DNA of 40,718 bases from a virus. Its lineage: Duplodnaviria > Caudoviricetes. Shown piece after piece: positions 25,886 to 35,352 of the stretch. Position 1 is the first letter of the stretch, and each line of letters opens with the position of its first letter. The stretch spans positions 1 through 40,718 of the IMG/VR virus record IMGVR_UViG_3300033412_000034. The stretch is one strand, 5' to 3'. A model generated the notes under the pieces. It was not told where the DNA came from, did no database searches, and saw only the letters and a program-made list of their open reading frames with translations. The position numbers and the translations under genes are program-made.

Positions 25886-26206
25886 TTATTGAGCCGCAGT
25901 GGCGTCACCCGCGTCGGTCTTGACGGCGGAGTCAGCCGAGGCCAGCGTCTTGTCGCCGCTGTCGGCCGGAGCGGTCGCTTCAGCCAGCTGCCCTTGCAAC
26001 TGGGTGACGCGCGAGCCCAGCACGTTCATCTTGGTCCGAAACACCGTCGCTTGCACTTGGGCGGCGGTCAGCTTGTTGGTCGCTTCGGCCAGCTGCCCTT
26101 GCAGCACGTCGACCATGGCGGACAGATACTCGTTTTGCGCCAACAATTGCTCGGTCGACACGGCGGCTGGCTGGTCCGTCACTTGATTGGTCTGCGGGGT
26201 GGACAT
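25886..26206 (-). CDS. Coiled-coil hypothetical protein
   Basis: RBS AGGAG; LQGQLAEAT occurs twice. Confidence 0.65.
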   Translation of the reverse strand: MSTPQTNQVTDQPAAVSTEQLLAQNEYLSAMVDVLQGQLAEATNKLTAAQVQATVFRTKMNVLGSRVTQLQGQLAEATAPADSGDKTLASADSAVKTDAGDATAAQ

Positions 26207-26273
26207 CGTGCTCAACTCCTAGAATGTTTGGGTTGGGGTTCCTGAATCAGGTTCCGGAGCGGGCCGTCCGCGC

Positions 26274-27239
26274 TCACAGTCGCGCGTCCAGCGTCACCGT
26301 GGTCGTGAACGAATAGGTGCCAGTGGCGGTCACGGTCGGGTTAATCAGCACGCCGGTAGCCGACGCCCCGCCCGACGCGATGCTGCAGTTACTGGTGGTG
26401 GTGCCGGACAACGCTACTGAGGGCGCCGCGCGCATTGCTCCGCTGCTCGGCGAAAACTGATGCGACAGTGCGCTGCTGGCCGTGGCGTAACCGGCGTCAG
26501 TGCACGCGACCGCTTGGTAGTAACGTGCCGCCCGTGCTTGCTCCGGTCCCAGGCCCCGGTACTCGAACGCGGTCGGCAGCCCGACTGCGGGCGCTTGCGG
26601 GCTACACTGCTCGAGCTGCCACTGCGCCGTGTTGAGCGCGAACGTAGCACCGACTGGCAAGTACAGAATCGTGTTCAAGTAGTCGTTGCCGCCCGAGCCC
26701 AACGTCTTGCCGGTGATCGAGGGCAGGTCGATGCGCACCGAGAAGCGCTGTGGCGTCGTCGTGACGGCCCAGTTGACGGCGGCCGAAGTCACCACCGTGC
26801 TGGACGGCGAGCCGCCGGTGCCGAAGTTCTGATTCAAACTGACGGTCGGAATCGTGAGCGTCCCCGAGTCGCACCACAGCCAGCACGAGAACGTGACCGA
26901 ACGCCCCTGGAGCGTGCGCACCGACTCGACTCGCTGCGCCATCAGCGGCGTGCCGCTCGAGGCCACCGACTGGTTATGCTTCAAGTAATAAGCCACCGGG
27001 CTCGTCATGCCGACGGGCTCGGCCCCGAGCGCGAACGAGTTTTGCGTGACGGTAGCTGTGCCGCCGGTGCCTGGATCGTTGTAGTACATCGTGGCCGCCG
27101 CGTTCGAAATCGACGTGATGGTGGCCGAAGCGGACACCCAGCGTTCGAAGTTGCCGTCCACGATGTAGTTGCGGTTCGACAGCGGCAGAAAGTCGAACAA
27201 GTCCAGCAAGTGCGCGATCAGATTGACGGGCGAAGTCAT
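26274..27239 (-). CDS. Tail-fibre tip-like protein, paralog B
   Basis: RNYIVDGNF..QWQLEQ..PTAFEYR..RYYQ..DARL; homologous to the 27252 gene and to the tail fibre C-terminus. Confidence 0.75.
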   Translation of the reverse strand: MTSPVNLIAHLLDLFDFLPLSNRNYIVDGNFERWVSASATITSISNAAATMYYNDPGTGGTATVTQNSFALGAEPVGMTSPVAYYLKHNQSVASSGTPLMAQRVESVRTLQGRSVTFSCWLWCDSGTLTIPTVSLNQNFGTGGSPSSTVVTSAAVNWAVTTTPQRFSVRIDLPSITGKTLGSGGNDYLNTILYLPVGATFALNTAQWQLEQCSPQAPAVGLPTAFEYRGLGPEQARAARYYQAVACTDAGYATASSALSHQFSPSSGAMRAAPSVALSGTTTSNCSIASGGASATGVLINPTVTATGTYSFTTTVTLDARL

Positions 27240-27251
27240 GGGGCAAGATCC

Positions 27252-28259
27252 TTAGAGGCGAGCATCGGCGATGACTTGGCCACCGCCAAAAGCGGCAGCG
27301 TTGGCGTTGGCGCGTATGCCATCAACGCCGTACGGAACGAACGAAGCGCCGTTCAAGTTGACGCCGGTCAGATTTGGCGTGGCGCGCATGAACTGAGGCA
27401 GCGAATACGTCTTCTGGTTGGTGGCGTCCATGATGTTGGTGCCGACGATCACGTCGATTTCGGAGTAGTAACGCTGCACACGTGACAGCTCCGGACCGAT
27501 TCCACGGTATTCGAACGCGGTCGGCAAACCCGCCGCCGGTGCTTGCGGGCTGGTCTGCTCCAGCTGCCACTGGGTCGTCACGAAGTCGAACACGACCCCA
27601 ACCGGCAGCAACACGCCGATTTGGATGTAGTCGTTGCCGTTCGTGCCGATGGTCTTGCCCACGATTGACGGCCAGTCGACCCGCACCGAGAAGCGCTGCC
27701 AAGTGGTTTGAATTGGGAACGACACGGCCAGCGCTTGAGCCGTCGCCGCGCTGGGCGAGCCGCCGGTGCCGAAATTCTGGCCGACCAGGATGGTGGACAC
27801 GGTGTAAGGCGTGGAATTGGTACGAGCCCAGAACGAGAACGTGGACGAGCGCCCTTGCAGCGTGCGCACCGATTCAACGTGCTGGACCATGAATGGGCAA
27901 GTCGTGCTGAACGCGGGACCCCAACTACCGTTGACCGGGGCCGCGCCGGTAGTCGCCGTAGTGACGTTCAGCCATGCCACGTTGTACGCCGGACTCGTCA
28001 TGCCGACGGGCTCGGTGCCCGCTGCGAACGCTGATGCCGAGGCGATGCCCGCGCCGCCTTGACCGAGCCCGAAGTAAAACATGGTGGCGGCGAGGTAGGT
28101 GGTGCCGCCGGCCGGCAGCGCAATCCCGGTCGGGGTGATCCACTGGTCGAAGTTGCCATCCACGATGTAGTTGCGATTCGACAGCGGCAGACCTGTGCTG
28201 CTCGCGTTGCCGGCAAACAGGTCGGCCAGTCGTGCCAGTTTTTGTGCAATCGAAATCAC
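27252..28259 (-). CDS. Tail-fibre tip-like protein, paralog A
   Basis: Same motifs as paralog B; GTG start with RBS AAGGAG. Confidence 0.75.
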   Translation of the reverse strand: MISIAQKLARLADLFAGNASSTGLPLSNRNYIVDGNFDQWITPTGIALPAGGTTYLAATMFYFGLGQGGAGIASASAFAAGTEPVGMTSPAYNVAWLNVTTATTGAAPVNGSWGPAFSTTCPFMVQHVESVRTLQGRSSTFSFWARTNSTPYTVSTILVGQNFGTGGSPSAATAQALAVSFPIQTTWQRFSVRVDWPSIVGKTIGTNGNDYIQIGVLLPVGVVFDFVTTQWQLEQTSPQAPAAGLPTAFEYRGIGPELSRVQRYYSEIDVIVGTNIMDATNQKTYSLPQFMRATPNLTGVNLNGASFVPYGVDGIRANANAAAFGGGQVIADARL

Positions 28260-28272
28260 GAAGTGGGCTCCT

Positions 28273-28728
28273 TTACATCGTTACGCTAGGACGCGCGGGC
28301 GGCGCGGGCATCTGGGCGAGGAACTCCGCCATCGTCGCGGGCAACGACTTGATGCCGTTTTGCACGTCCAGCTCGAGCGTCTCGGCCCACGACCAGACTT
28401 GGTCGCGCCAGTCCAGCATCGCTTGTGCTTCGGCTCGAAAGCGCGGGTTGCCTGAGGCCAAGTAGCTGATGGCAGACACCACGTTGTCGTAGCCCCATGA
28501 CTGCGCCATCAAGTCGAGCAGTTGCTGCAGCTGGAGTGCTGCCGCTTGAATCGAGAATTGCATTTGCTGTTGCGGGGTTGGGGTCGAGGGAGCGGCAGGT
28601 TGGTGTCCCGCCGCCACCCATGACAGGTAGCTCTGATAATCCCGGTTGCTCGGGTCGGCGGGCAGAATCGCGCCGTCCGACCGAGCGATGGCCGTGCTAC
28701 CCGCGATTTGCGCATAGCTGTAATCCAT
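28273..28728 (-). CDS. Tail fibre assembly chaperone-like protein
   Basis: IARSDGAILPADPSNRDYQSYLSWVAAG and AQSWGYDNVVSAISY..FRAEAQAMLDWRDQVW; directly after the tail fibre gene. Confidence 0.75.
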   Translation of the reverse strand: MDYSYAQIAGSTAIARSDGAILPADPSNRDYQSYLSWVAAGHQPAAPSTPTPQQQMQFSIQAAALQLQQLLDLMAQSWGYDNVVSAISYLASGNPRFRAEAQAMLDWRDQVWSWAETLELDVQNGIKSLPATMAEFLAQMPAPPARPSVTM

Positions 28729-28731
28729 GGG

Positions 28732-31700
28732 TCACAGTTCCGAAGAAAGGGTGAAGCTGCCGTTCGCCGTGAACGGGTTAGTGGCGGTGATCGTGGTGTT
28801 GTACTGAAAGAAGCTCGTCCCGGACCCGCCGACTGCAATCGTGCAGTTGCTGCCGCTGCTGGCGGTCAACGTGGCAGTCGGCGCGGTGCGCATGTCGGTG
28901 ACGCGTACTTGGAAGCCAAACACGTTGGTAGCCGAGCCGTAGCCGCCGGTGCTGAACGAGCCGACTTGGTAGTAGCGCTTACACAGCTCCAGTTCGATGC
29001 CGCCACGGTGCTCGAACGGCGTCGCCACGGTGCCATACTCAAACTGCAGCTGGGTCAGCGCGATATAATTGTTCGTCGCGGCGGCCCAGTTGACTGCGCC
29101 GGCCGACGTGAAGTAGTTGCCCGACTGCCACGCCCCGACCGACGGAGTCTGCCAGTTCGTTCCACCGATCGCGCCGACGCTCAGATACATGCCGCCCGCG
29201 TTACTGTTGGGCGTCGTCATCGACGACGGCAGTGTAGTCGTGAACGTGACCTTGGTGACGACGCCGGCCGTGGCCGAAAATGTGGTGACGACCGAGTTGT
29301 TGCCGGTGTAGTCGCGGATCGAGGCGGCGAATGTGCCGGTCACGTTGCTCAGGAACAGGAACGACAGCGTCGCCGGGCCACCGACCAGATGGTAGCAGTT
29401 TTGCCCCTCGACCGGCTGCAAGATCCCGGTCCAGTACGCTCCGGCCGCAAAGCTGGCCACGGGCGAGTTGACCGTGTGCAGAACGCACTTGTGGGTTATT
29501 CCGTTATAAGTCAGCGTCCCCTGCGACTGGGTGAACTGGCCGCCCGCGCTGCCGCCGTTGACACACATAAAACGATCGACGCCGCCGTAGACCGACGCGT
29601 TGTTGGTCGCCGCCACTCCGTTGGCCGTGTACTGGGCGATACGCGCATCGCCGTTGATGGCGACGTTGCGGCCGTAGGCGGCGGTCGCCTGGGTGGTGCC
29701 GTCCGCGAACTGAAAGCCCGCCGACGCCACTTGCGTGAGGCCCGACAGCGTGACCGGGCCGGTGAACGAGCCGCCCGACAGCGGCATCATGTTGCCCACG
29801 GTCAGCGGTGTCCAGGTCTCCACTTCGTACTGATCGGAGCCGGAGGCGGGCTGCGTCAGCACGATGGCGGTCCCGGACGACTGGTCGAAGTCGTACCCCG
29901 AGATCAACCGGTGGCCGGCTTGATAGACACGCGCGAAGCCCGGCGTGTAACTGATCGGCAGCGACGTGGCGTTGACCGTCGGCGTGAACACGGTGCTGAC
30001 TGGCGCGACCACCGACGACGGCGAGTAGATGACGTTGGTCAGCACCTCGTACACGTCGGTGTTGGTCACCGGATCAGTCAGCAATATGGTCCGGGCGTCG
30101 GACGACAACGTGTAGCCCACGCCCGAAATGCAGCGCGTGCCGTTGCGGAAGACTTGCACGAACGGTGCCGTGAAACCGGCCGTCACGAGCGACGTGGCGC
30201 CCAGCGCGACGTTGCTGGTCTTGACCGAAAACACGGTCGAAGTGGGCGCGGTGACACCGTTGGCGGTGGTCTGGGTGGTGCCGTCCGGGAATTTTAAGCC
30301 GCCCGATACCGAGTGGATCGGGCCGTACACTTGCAGCGTGCTGGTGCCGTCGTCCGTGAGCGAGCCCAGATCCAGCCCCATCAGCCAGCGCCCGGAAGCG
30401 AGCAGCTCGGTACGCGTGGTGCCGCCGGTCTGGAACTGCAGCGCCCGGATCGTGCCCGCACCCGTGGCGTCCGAGTTGATGATGGCCGTGTCGGCCGTGC
30501 CGTCCGCGAAGCCGAAAGCCAGCCGCGACGAGTTGGCCGGGTCAGGCGAGCCATGCGCGACCCACTTGGAGCCCAATCCGGTCGCGTTCGGAATCGCTCC
30601 CACTATCGTCGCGCCGGCCGGCGTCAACGTCTGGAACAGCGCGCGCTGCGCGTACACCGCGTTCGAGAAGTCCGCTTGAATCCGTGCGCTGGACGACGCG
30701 TAGCCCACTTGCACGGTGGACGGCAGCAGCCCTGAGTTGATCGTGGCTTCCTGCGAGTACAGCGACGGGACCGAGCCGGGCTCCACTTTGATGCGTCGGA
30801 TCGCCGGCATCGAGCCCGTACCGACCGTGGCGCCGGTCAGCTGCGCAGTCACCGTGAAAGTAACCGCGTTGGCCGGCGTGGTGAACGTCGCCCAGTACCA
30901 CTTCCACGACGCGCCAAGCGCCAGCGCCACCGAATCGGTGCGCAGCAGTGCGCCCCCGGATGTATAATAGTTGATATTGACTTGCGCCGAGCCGGCCGCC
31001 GTGACCGACGTGGTCGACGCTTCGAACTGCAGCGTGACGGCCAGTCCGGGCGAACACTGCCCTTTCGGGCTCGTGAGCGAGCCGCCCTGGCCGGTGCCAG
31101 TGGCCGGGAACGCCAGATAGGTGCCGTTCAAGTCCGAATAGGCCAGCCAGCCGGTGCCCGACCAGCCCGACAGCCCCAGTTCGGCCGACGAGTTGGGCAG
31201 CAAGTTCGGCGAGTTGACGCCGTACAGCTTGCCGGTGGACGACAAGTAAGGCACCGTGACGGTCGCCGTGAACGTGCTGGGCGAGTTGAGCGTCGCGTAC
31301 TGGGTCGGGTCGAAGTTGCCCGCATCCCACGCCAGATTGGCGCCGAAGTGCGGACGCTGGCCAAACGTGACGAGCCCCGCTTGGTTGATCGACAGCGCGT
31401 TGACCGGCGAACCCGAGTTGTTGGCGTTGATCCCGAAGTTGTTGCCCGTGTCCAGGTACAAGTCGAAATAGCTGGTCGCGCCGCGCTGCCACAGAAAGTG
31501 GCTGTAAGCTCCGGCGCCCGCCACGTTGGTCAGCGAGCCGGCAGCTGCCAGCGCCGTGGCCGCCAGCGTGCCGGCGTCGGTCAGCGACGCGATCACCTGA
31601 CCCGCCGTGTTCATGTATTCGAACGCACCCGACGTCGGGTTCAGCCGCATGGTCAGCGTCAGCGCCGTCAAGCTGGCCGCCGTCGTGTGGAACGCCAAAT

Positions 31701-32076
31701 CCACGTCCGAGCCGTCCGCCGCCGCCGACTGGTAAGTGGTCGGGCCGGTCCATAGACCGCCCGCTTGCGGCATCGCGGCGCTCGCCGCCTGCTGCGCCGC
31801 GTAAGCCGCCGCTCCCACGTAGTCGAGTGCCGCTTGCGCGGTCGAATCGATGCTAGGGATATGGGAGCTGGGTCCGGGCGAGTAAGTGATGTTGACGGCC
31901 GTGTTGCCGCCGTTGACCGCTGCCGCCGACAGCCCAAGCGCGGTACGCACGTCGGCCGCCGTGGCGGGAGCGGTCACGCCATCGCCCAGCAGCGCGAATA
32001 CGAGGTGGTCTACGTCGTTCGCCCAGCCGGCCGTGATGACGGTCTGGTGGTCGACAAAATTGGTTTGGTTGCCCAT
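28732..32076 (-). CDS. Tail fibre protein
   Basis: N-terminal TVITAGWANDVD, FPDGTTQTTA/FADGTTQATA repeats, two NLL.N/RNVAING carbohydrate-binding-like modules, C-terminal ATPFEHR..CKRYYQ. Confidence 0.85.
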   Translation of the reverse strand: MGNQTNFVDHQTVITAGWANDVDHLVFALLGDGVTAPATAADVRTALGLSAAAVNGGNTAVNITYSPGPSSHIPSIDSTAQAALDYVGAAAYAAQQAASAAMPQAGGLWTGPTTYQSAAADGSDVDLAFHTTAASLTALTLTMRLNPTSGAFEYMNTAGQVIASLTDAGTLAATALAAAGSLTNVAGAGAYSHFLWQRGATSYFDLYLDTGNNFGINANNSGSPVNALSINQAGLVTFGQRPHFGANLAWDAGNFDPTQYATLNSPSTFTATVTVPYLSSTGKLYGVNSPNLLPNSSAELGLSGWSGTGWLAYSDLNGTYLAFPATGTGQGGSLTSPKGQCSPGLAVTLQFEASTTSVTAAGSAQVNINYYTSGGALLRTDSVALALGASWKWYWATFTTPANAVTFTVTAQLTGATVGTGSMPAIRRIKVEPGSVPSLYSQEATINSGLLPSTVQVGYASSSARIQADFSNAVYAQRALFQTLTPAGATIVGAIPNATGLGSKWVAHGSPDPANSSRLAFGFADGTADTAIINSDATGAGTIRALQFQTGGTTRTELLASGRWLMGLDLGSLTDDGTSTLQVYGPIHSVSGGLKFPDGTTQTTANGVTAPTSTVFSVKTSNVALGATSLVTAGFTAPFVQVFRNGTRCISGVGYTLSSDARTILLTDPVTNTDVYEVLTNVIYSPSSVVAPVSTVFTPTVNATSLPISYTPGFARVYQAGHRLISGYDFDQSSGTAIVLTQPASGSDQYEVETWTPLTVGNMMPLSGGSFTGPVTLSGLTQVASAGFQFADGTTQATAAYGRNVAINGDARIAQYTANGVAATNNASVYGGVDRFMCVNGGSAGGQFTQSQGTLTYNGITHKCVLHTVNSPVASFAAGAYWTGILQPVEGQNCYHLVGGPATLSFLFLSNVTGTFAASIRDYTGNNSVVTTFSATAGVVTKVTFTTTLPSSMTTPNSNAGGMYLSVGAIGGTNWQTPSVGAWQSGNYFTSAGAVNWAAATNNYIALTQLQFEYGTVATPFEHRGGIELELCKRYYQVGSFSTGGYGSATNVFGFQVRVTDMRTAPTATLTASSGSNCTIAVGGSGTSFFQYNTTITATNPFTANGSFTLSSEL

Positions 32077-32087
32077 CGTATACCTGC

Positions 32088-32115
32088 AAGGAGGAGTCTA
32101 CGATGGCGGTTCCGG
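32088..32115 (-). promoter_or_regulatory. Conserved leader motif CCGGAACCGC-N9-CTCCTCCTT (copy upstream of the tail fibre gene)
   Basis: Both boxes and the spacing are identical to 24171-24198. Confidence 0.6.
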
Positions 32116-32147
32116 GGCCGGCGCCATGCGCGGCGGTAGCAGCACGT

Positions 32148-33512
32148 TTACACTGCCGATTGCCCGACAATGGCCTCGCCCACGACTCCGAATCCGACCG
32201 TGGCGGACGTTTCGCCGCCCGCGATGCTCCAGCGCGAGTCGAAGTCGACTGGCGTGCCGGACAAGTCGCAGTCGTCACCGACGCCGCTCGTGTGCGTGTA
32301 CAGCTGCGGGAGCGCGGCCGGGTCCAAGTCCTCGAGTCCGTATTGGGCGACCAGTTCGGGCCGGGGGCGGTCAACCGCCACCTGGATCGCGAACGAGCGC
32401 GTCGTGTACAAGTCGCGCGCGGCGTCCAGCACGATGGTACGCGACAGCTTGCCTTGGCCGAGTCCGCCGCCCCAGTGCAAAGTCGGCCGTGGCCCCCCGA
32501 GCGGCTGCCACGGGTACAAGTCCAAGTTGTTGGCACCCAGCACCAGCGAGTGGTAGCACTGCGCGCGCTCGGCCGTATCCCACGACACTTGCGCGTCGGG
32601 CGCCGGAGCAGGCGAGGGCGGCACGCCGTAGTTGGGGCGCAAGAAATCCGACAGGCGGTAGTCCGCGTAAGCGTAGCCGTCAGTGCCGTAGTTGGTCGTC
32701 CACATCGAGACGATGGGCGGCTTGAGCTGTTGCAAGTCCTGGTAGCCCAGCCGCAGTACCCAATCCAACCGTGTGGCGCCGGCCGTGTCGTAAATGAAGT
32801 CGGACGAAAACACGTAGTCCATCACCGAGTCGGCCGCGACCGCGTCGAGTTCGCTCAGTTCCGCCAGCAGGGTCGACCAAAACAAGAAGTAAATCGAGTT
32901 CGACACTTGCGGGATCTTGGCGCCGAGCGGGTAACCCAGTCGCGACGTGCCTAGCGTCAGGTTGTAGTCGAGCGAATTGGCCGTCAGCGATCCGACTTTG
33001 TACGGGCCGGGCGTGGCCGACACGATAGGGGCGTTGGTGACGCCGACCAGCGTCGTGTCGATGGGCAAGTAGACTTGGTCGAGCTGGTCGACGCGACGAA
33101 ACTGCAGCAAATCGGGTTGCGTGGTGGTCAGCACCATCGTCATTTCGGCGCAGCACACGACGTTTTGCGTGATGATTTGCTCGAACGACAGCTTGAGCAG
33201 ATCCATCGCCATGCGCCAGCCGCGCGCGGTGCCTTTGAGCGCGTACAACGTCTTGAGCAACCGGTAGTACTTGCGAATGTCCGCTTGATTGCCCAGCAGG
33301 ATGTCGATCAGCCCGTACGGGTCAAACAGCCCCTGCAAGTACGAGAAGTCGGTCGTGGTCTCGACCGACAGGAGCTGGCTGGTGTCGTAGATGTCCTGAT
33401 CGAGCGGCGCCAGCGCTTGATCGGCCAACTCGCACACGCCGATCAGCGTAGGCAGGTTGCGCAGCCGGGGCGGCAGGTCTTGCAGCAGGGGCACGTACGG
33501 AGGCTTGGCCAT
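32148..33512 (-). CDS. Baseplate protein (P2 gpI-like N-terminus)
   Basis: LLQDLPPRLR..LYALKGTARG; follows the wedge gene. Confidence 0.6.
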   Translation of the reverse strand: MAKPPYVPLLQDLPPRLRNLPTLIGVCELADQALAPLDQDIYDTSQLLSVETTTDFSYLQGLFDPYGLIDILLGNQADIRKYYRLLKTLYALKGTARGWRMAMDLLKLSFEQIITQNVVCCAEMTMVLTTTQPDLLQFRRVDQLDQVYLPIDTTLVGVTNAPIVSATPGPYKVGSLTANSLDYNLTLGTSRLGYPLGAKIPQVSNSIYFLFWSTLLAELSELDAVAADSVMDYVFSSDFIYDTAGATRLDWVLRLGYQDLQQLKPPIVSMWTTNYGTDGYAYADYRLSDFLRPNYGVPPSPAPAPDAQVSWDTAERAQCYHSLVLGANNLDLYPWQPLGGPRPTLHWGGGLGQGKLSRTIVLDAARDLYTTRSFAIQVAVDRPRPELVAQYGLEDLDPAALPQLYTHTSGVGDDCDLSGTPVDFDSRWSIAGGETSATVGFGVVGEAIVGQSAV

Positions 33513-33522
33513 CTAATGTTCT

Positions 33523-33678
33523 CTGTAAGGCGCTCGTAAGTAGGACCGTAAGGTCCGGCGCGTCTTGGTCATAATCCCGTATCGGGCGACGCAGGCTTTG
33601 GTCATAACCCCGTATTCAGCGTGGACTGTAAGGCAGACCTCGGCGCGTCATATGAACCGGACAACTGTCCGGTTCATA
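33523..33678. repeat. Intergenic repeat cluster and 13-bp hairpin
   Basis: TTGGTCATAAYCCCGTAT x2, GTAAG x4, CGGCGCGTC x2, and TATGAACCGGACA-ac-TGTCCGGTTCATA. Confidence 0.75.
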
Positions 33679-33688
33679 CGGGCCGGGG

Positions 33689-35107
33689 CTAGCTGGTCGC
33701 GTAGCCCGCGCCGTTGACGCCGACCGCGTTCTGACTCAGCACGTACTCGGACGTGTTGATCGCGACTTGGCACGAGCGCACGATGAAGTAATCCTGATTC
33801 ACCAGCGTCTTGTCCTGCCACGGCTGCGTGATGTAGGCGCGCAGCACGCCCGGGAACGAGCGCAACAAGTTGACCGCATCCTGGATCTTGAACGTCTGGC
33901 CCAACACGCCTTGCAGCGGCTGGCCGAACTGGTCGCGCATCACCGGCAAGGCAGCCAGCATCGCCGCGCCCAGATCCAGCGGCAAATCCGGGTTGGTCGG
34001 ATCCACGTCGGCCGCCATCACCAGATCGAGGTAGATCGGCGTGCCGGCCACGCACGTGACGGTCTTGCCCATGATGCCGAACTTCTCGATGTAAGTCGAC
34101 ATCGCCGCCGCTTCGGCCGTGGTCAGCGCCGAGTAGTCCTCGCGCACGTACATCGCCACGTAGTCGCAGCACGACGTGTCGGACGGCATCACGTAAGCGT
34201 CCAGGATTCCGGGGTAACTGGTCGCCACCGCGTCGTAGTCCTTCTTGCTGACCGCCCGGCGCAGCGATTGGTAGTAGCGCGGCGCCAGCGTCTGGACTTT
34301 CTGGAGCGAATCCTCGTTGCTGCCGCGCCCGCTGACCGCGTACGCCGTGATTTCGGACAGCTGCAGTTCACCCGCCTGGAATTGCGGCAGCGACACGGTG
34401 GTCAGGCCCTGGGTCACGAAGTAGCGCAAGTGCACCACGTCGTTGGCCGACAGCAGCGCGCCATCGGTGCCGTCGCCGAATACCACTTCGATGCCGCCGG
34501 TGCCGGATGTGCGCACCGTCACGACGCTGGCCGTGTCCATGTCCTCGATGTAGGGAGTGGTGACGAGCGGCGTGCCGTTCAGCGACACGTTCACCAGCGC
34601 GTTGTCGATGGTGAACGGTTGGGTGGCGTCCTCCAGAATCGCCGCGTACAGCTCGCCAGTGGCGGCCGTCACGTCCACGTCGGTCCAGGCACCCAAGTAG
34701 ACGCGTACCGTGCTCTGCTGCCCCGCGACCAATTGCACCGGCGCGTCCACATAAGCAGTCTGCTGCGCTACCGTGACGACCGGCAAGTCACGCGTCAGGG
34801 TCCGCGTAGTGGCCGGCAGAACGGTCAAGTCCAAATAGGGAGCGGTCTTGCGGTTGACGTTGTAACCCAACGCTCGTGCCAGCTGGAGCACGCTCGATGG
34901 AAGTTTCGCATTGCCGATCGAGAGTTCGCGACGATTGAACTGATTGCGATATTCGTTGAACGCGCCAACTCCTGAGATCAGTCGGATAATGGCTTGTCCG
35001 GTACTTCCCGCAAAGAAGTCTTTGATGTCCGAATTTGCCGCTGCCCATTGTTGTAGCTGCGCAACAAGGTCAGCCTGCAAACTGTTTAAGTTCGATACGA
35101 TTGCCAC
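33689..35107 (-). CDS. Baseplate wedge protein (T4 gp6 / P2 gpJ-like)
   Basis: DFFAGSTG..SSVLQLARALGYNV, VVFGDGTDG, RRAVSKKDY; GTG start with RBS GAGGA. Confidence 0.85.
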   Translation of the reverse strand: MAIVSNLNSLQADLVAQLQQWAAANSDIKDFFAGSTGQAIIRLISGVGAFNEYRNQFNRRELSIGNAKLPSSVLQLARALGYNVNRKTAPYLDLTVLPATTRTLTRDLPVVTVAQQTAYVDAPVQLVAGQQSTVRVYLGAWTDVDVTAATGELYAAILEDATQPFTIDNALVNVSLNGTPLVTTPYIEDMDTASVVTVRTSGTGGIEVVFGDGTDGALLSANDVVHLRYFVTQGLTTVSLPQFQAGELQLSEITAYAVSGRGSNEDSLQKVQTLAPRYYQSLRRAVSKKDYDAVATSYPGILDAYVMPSDTSCCDYVAMYVREDYSALTTAEAAAMSTYIEKFGIMGKTVTCVAGTPIYLDLVMAADVDPTNPDLPLDLGAAMLAALPVMRDQFGQPLQGVLGQTFKIQDAVNLLRSFPGVLRAYITQPWQDKTLVNQDYFIVRSCQVAINTSEYVLSQNAVGVNGAGYATS

Positions 35108-35211
35108 GGTGTCGTCCTCTATCGAGAGTCATTCGACAGAGGGTTCGACGGGCGAGGATGGGGCGACGAGGCGACGGGAGGGGTCTCGGAGCCCCTCGTG
35201 CCGGTAGAGTG

Positions 35212-35352
35212 CTACTTCGGGTCGGACGAGGGAGCGGGAGGCGCGGAAGCGACCGGCAAGTCTACCTGCGCGGAGAAGATTCTCATGTACTCAGCGCCCG
35301 AATACACGTTTTCGTTGGATTTATGGCCGAAAATGCGGCACAAGATGTTCAT
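35212..35352 (-). CDS. Small protein with LCRIFGHK motif, possibly truncated
   Basis: ATGA overlap; MNILCRIFGHK followed by a low-complexity tail. Confidence 0.45.
   Translation of the reverse strand: MNILCRIFGHKSNENVYSGAEYMRIFSAQVDLPVASAPPAPSSDPK

Noticed and set aside
26274-32076. Diversity-generating retroelement or invertible tail-fibre shufflon
   Set aside because: No reverse transcriptase or invertase in the window; paralog differences are not adenine-specific; all copies are in the same orientation.
32103-32954. Antisense ORF preceded by a perfect SD (AAGGAGGAG)
   Set aside because: The SD-like sequence is part of the motif repeated at 24171, where no ATG follows, and the product reads as a shadow of the baseplate gene.
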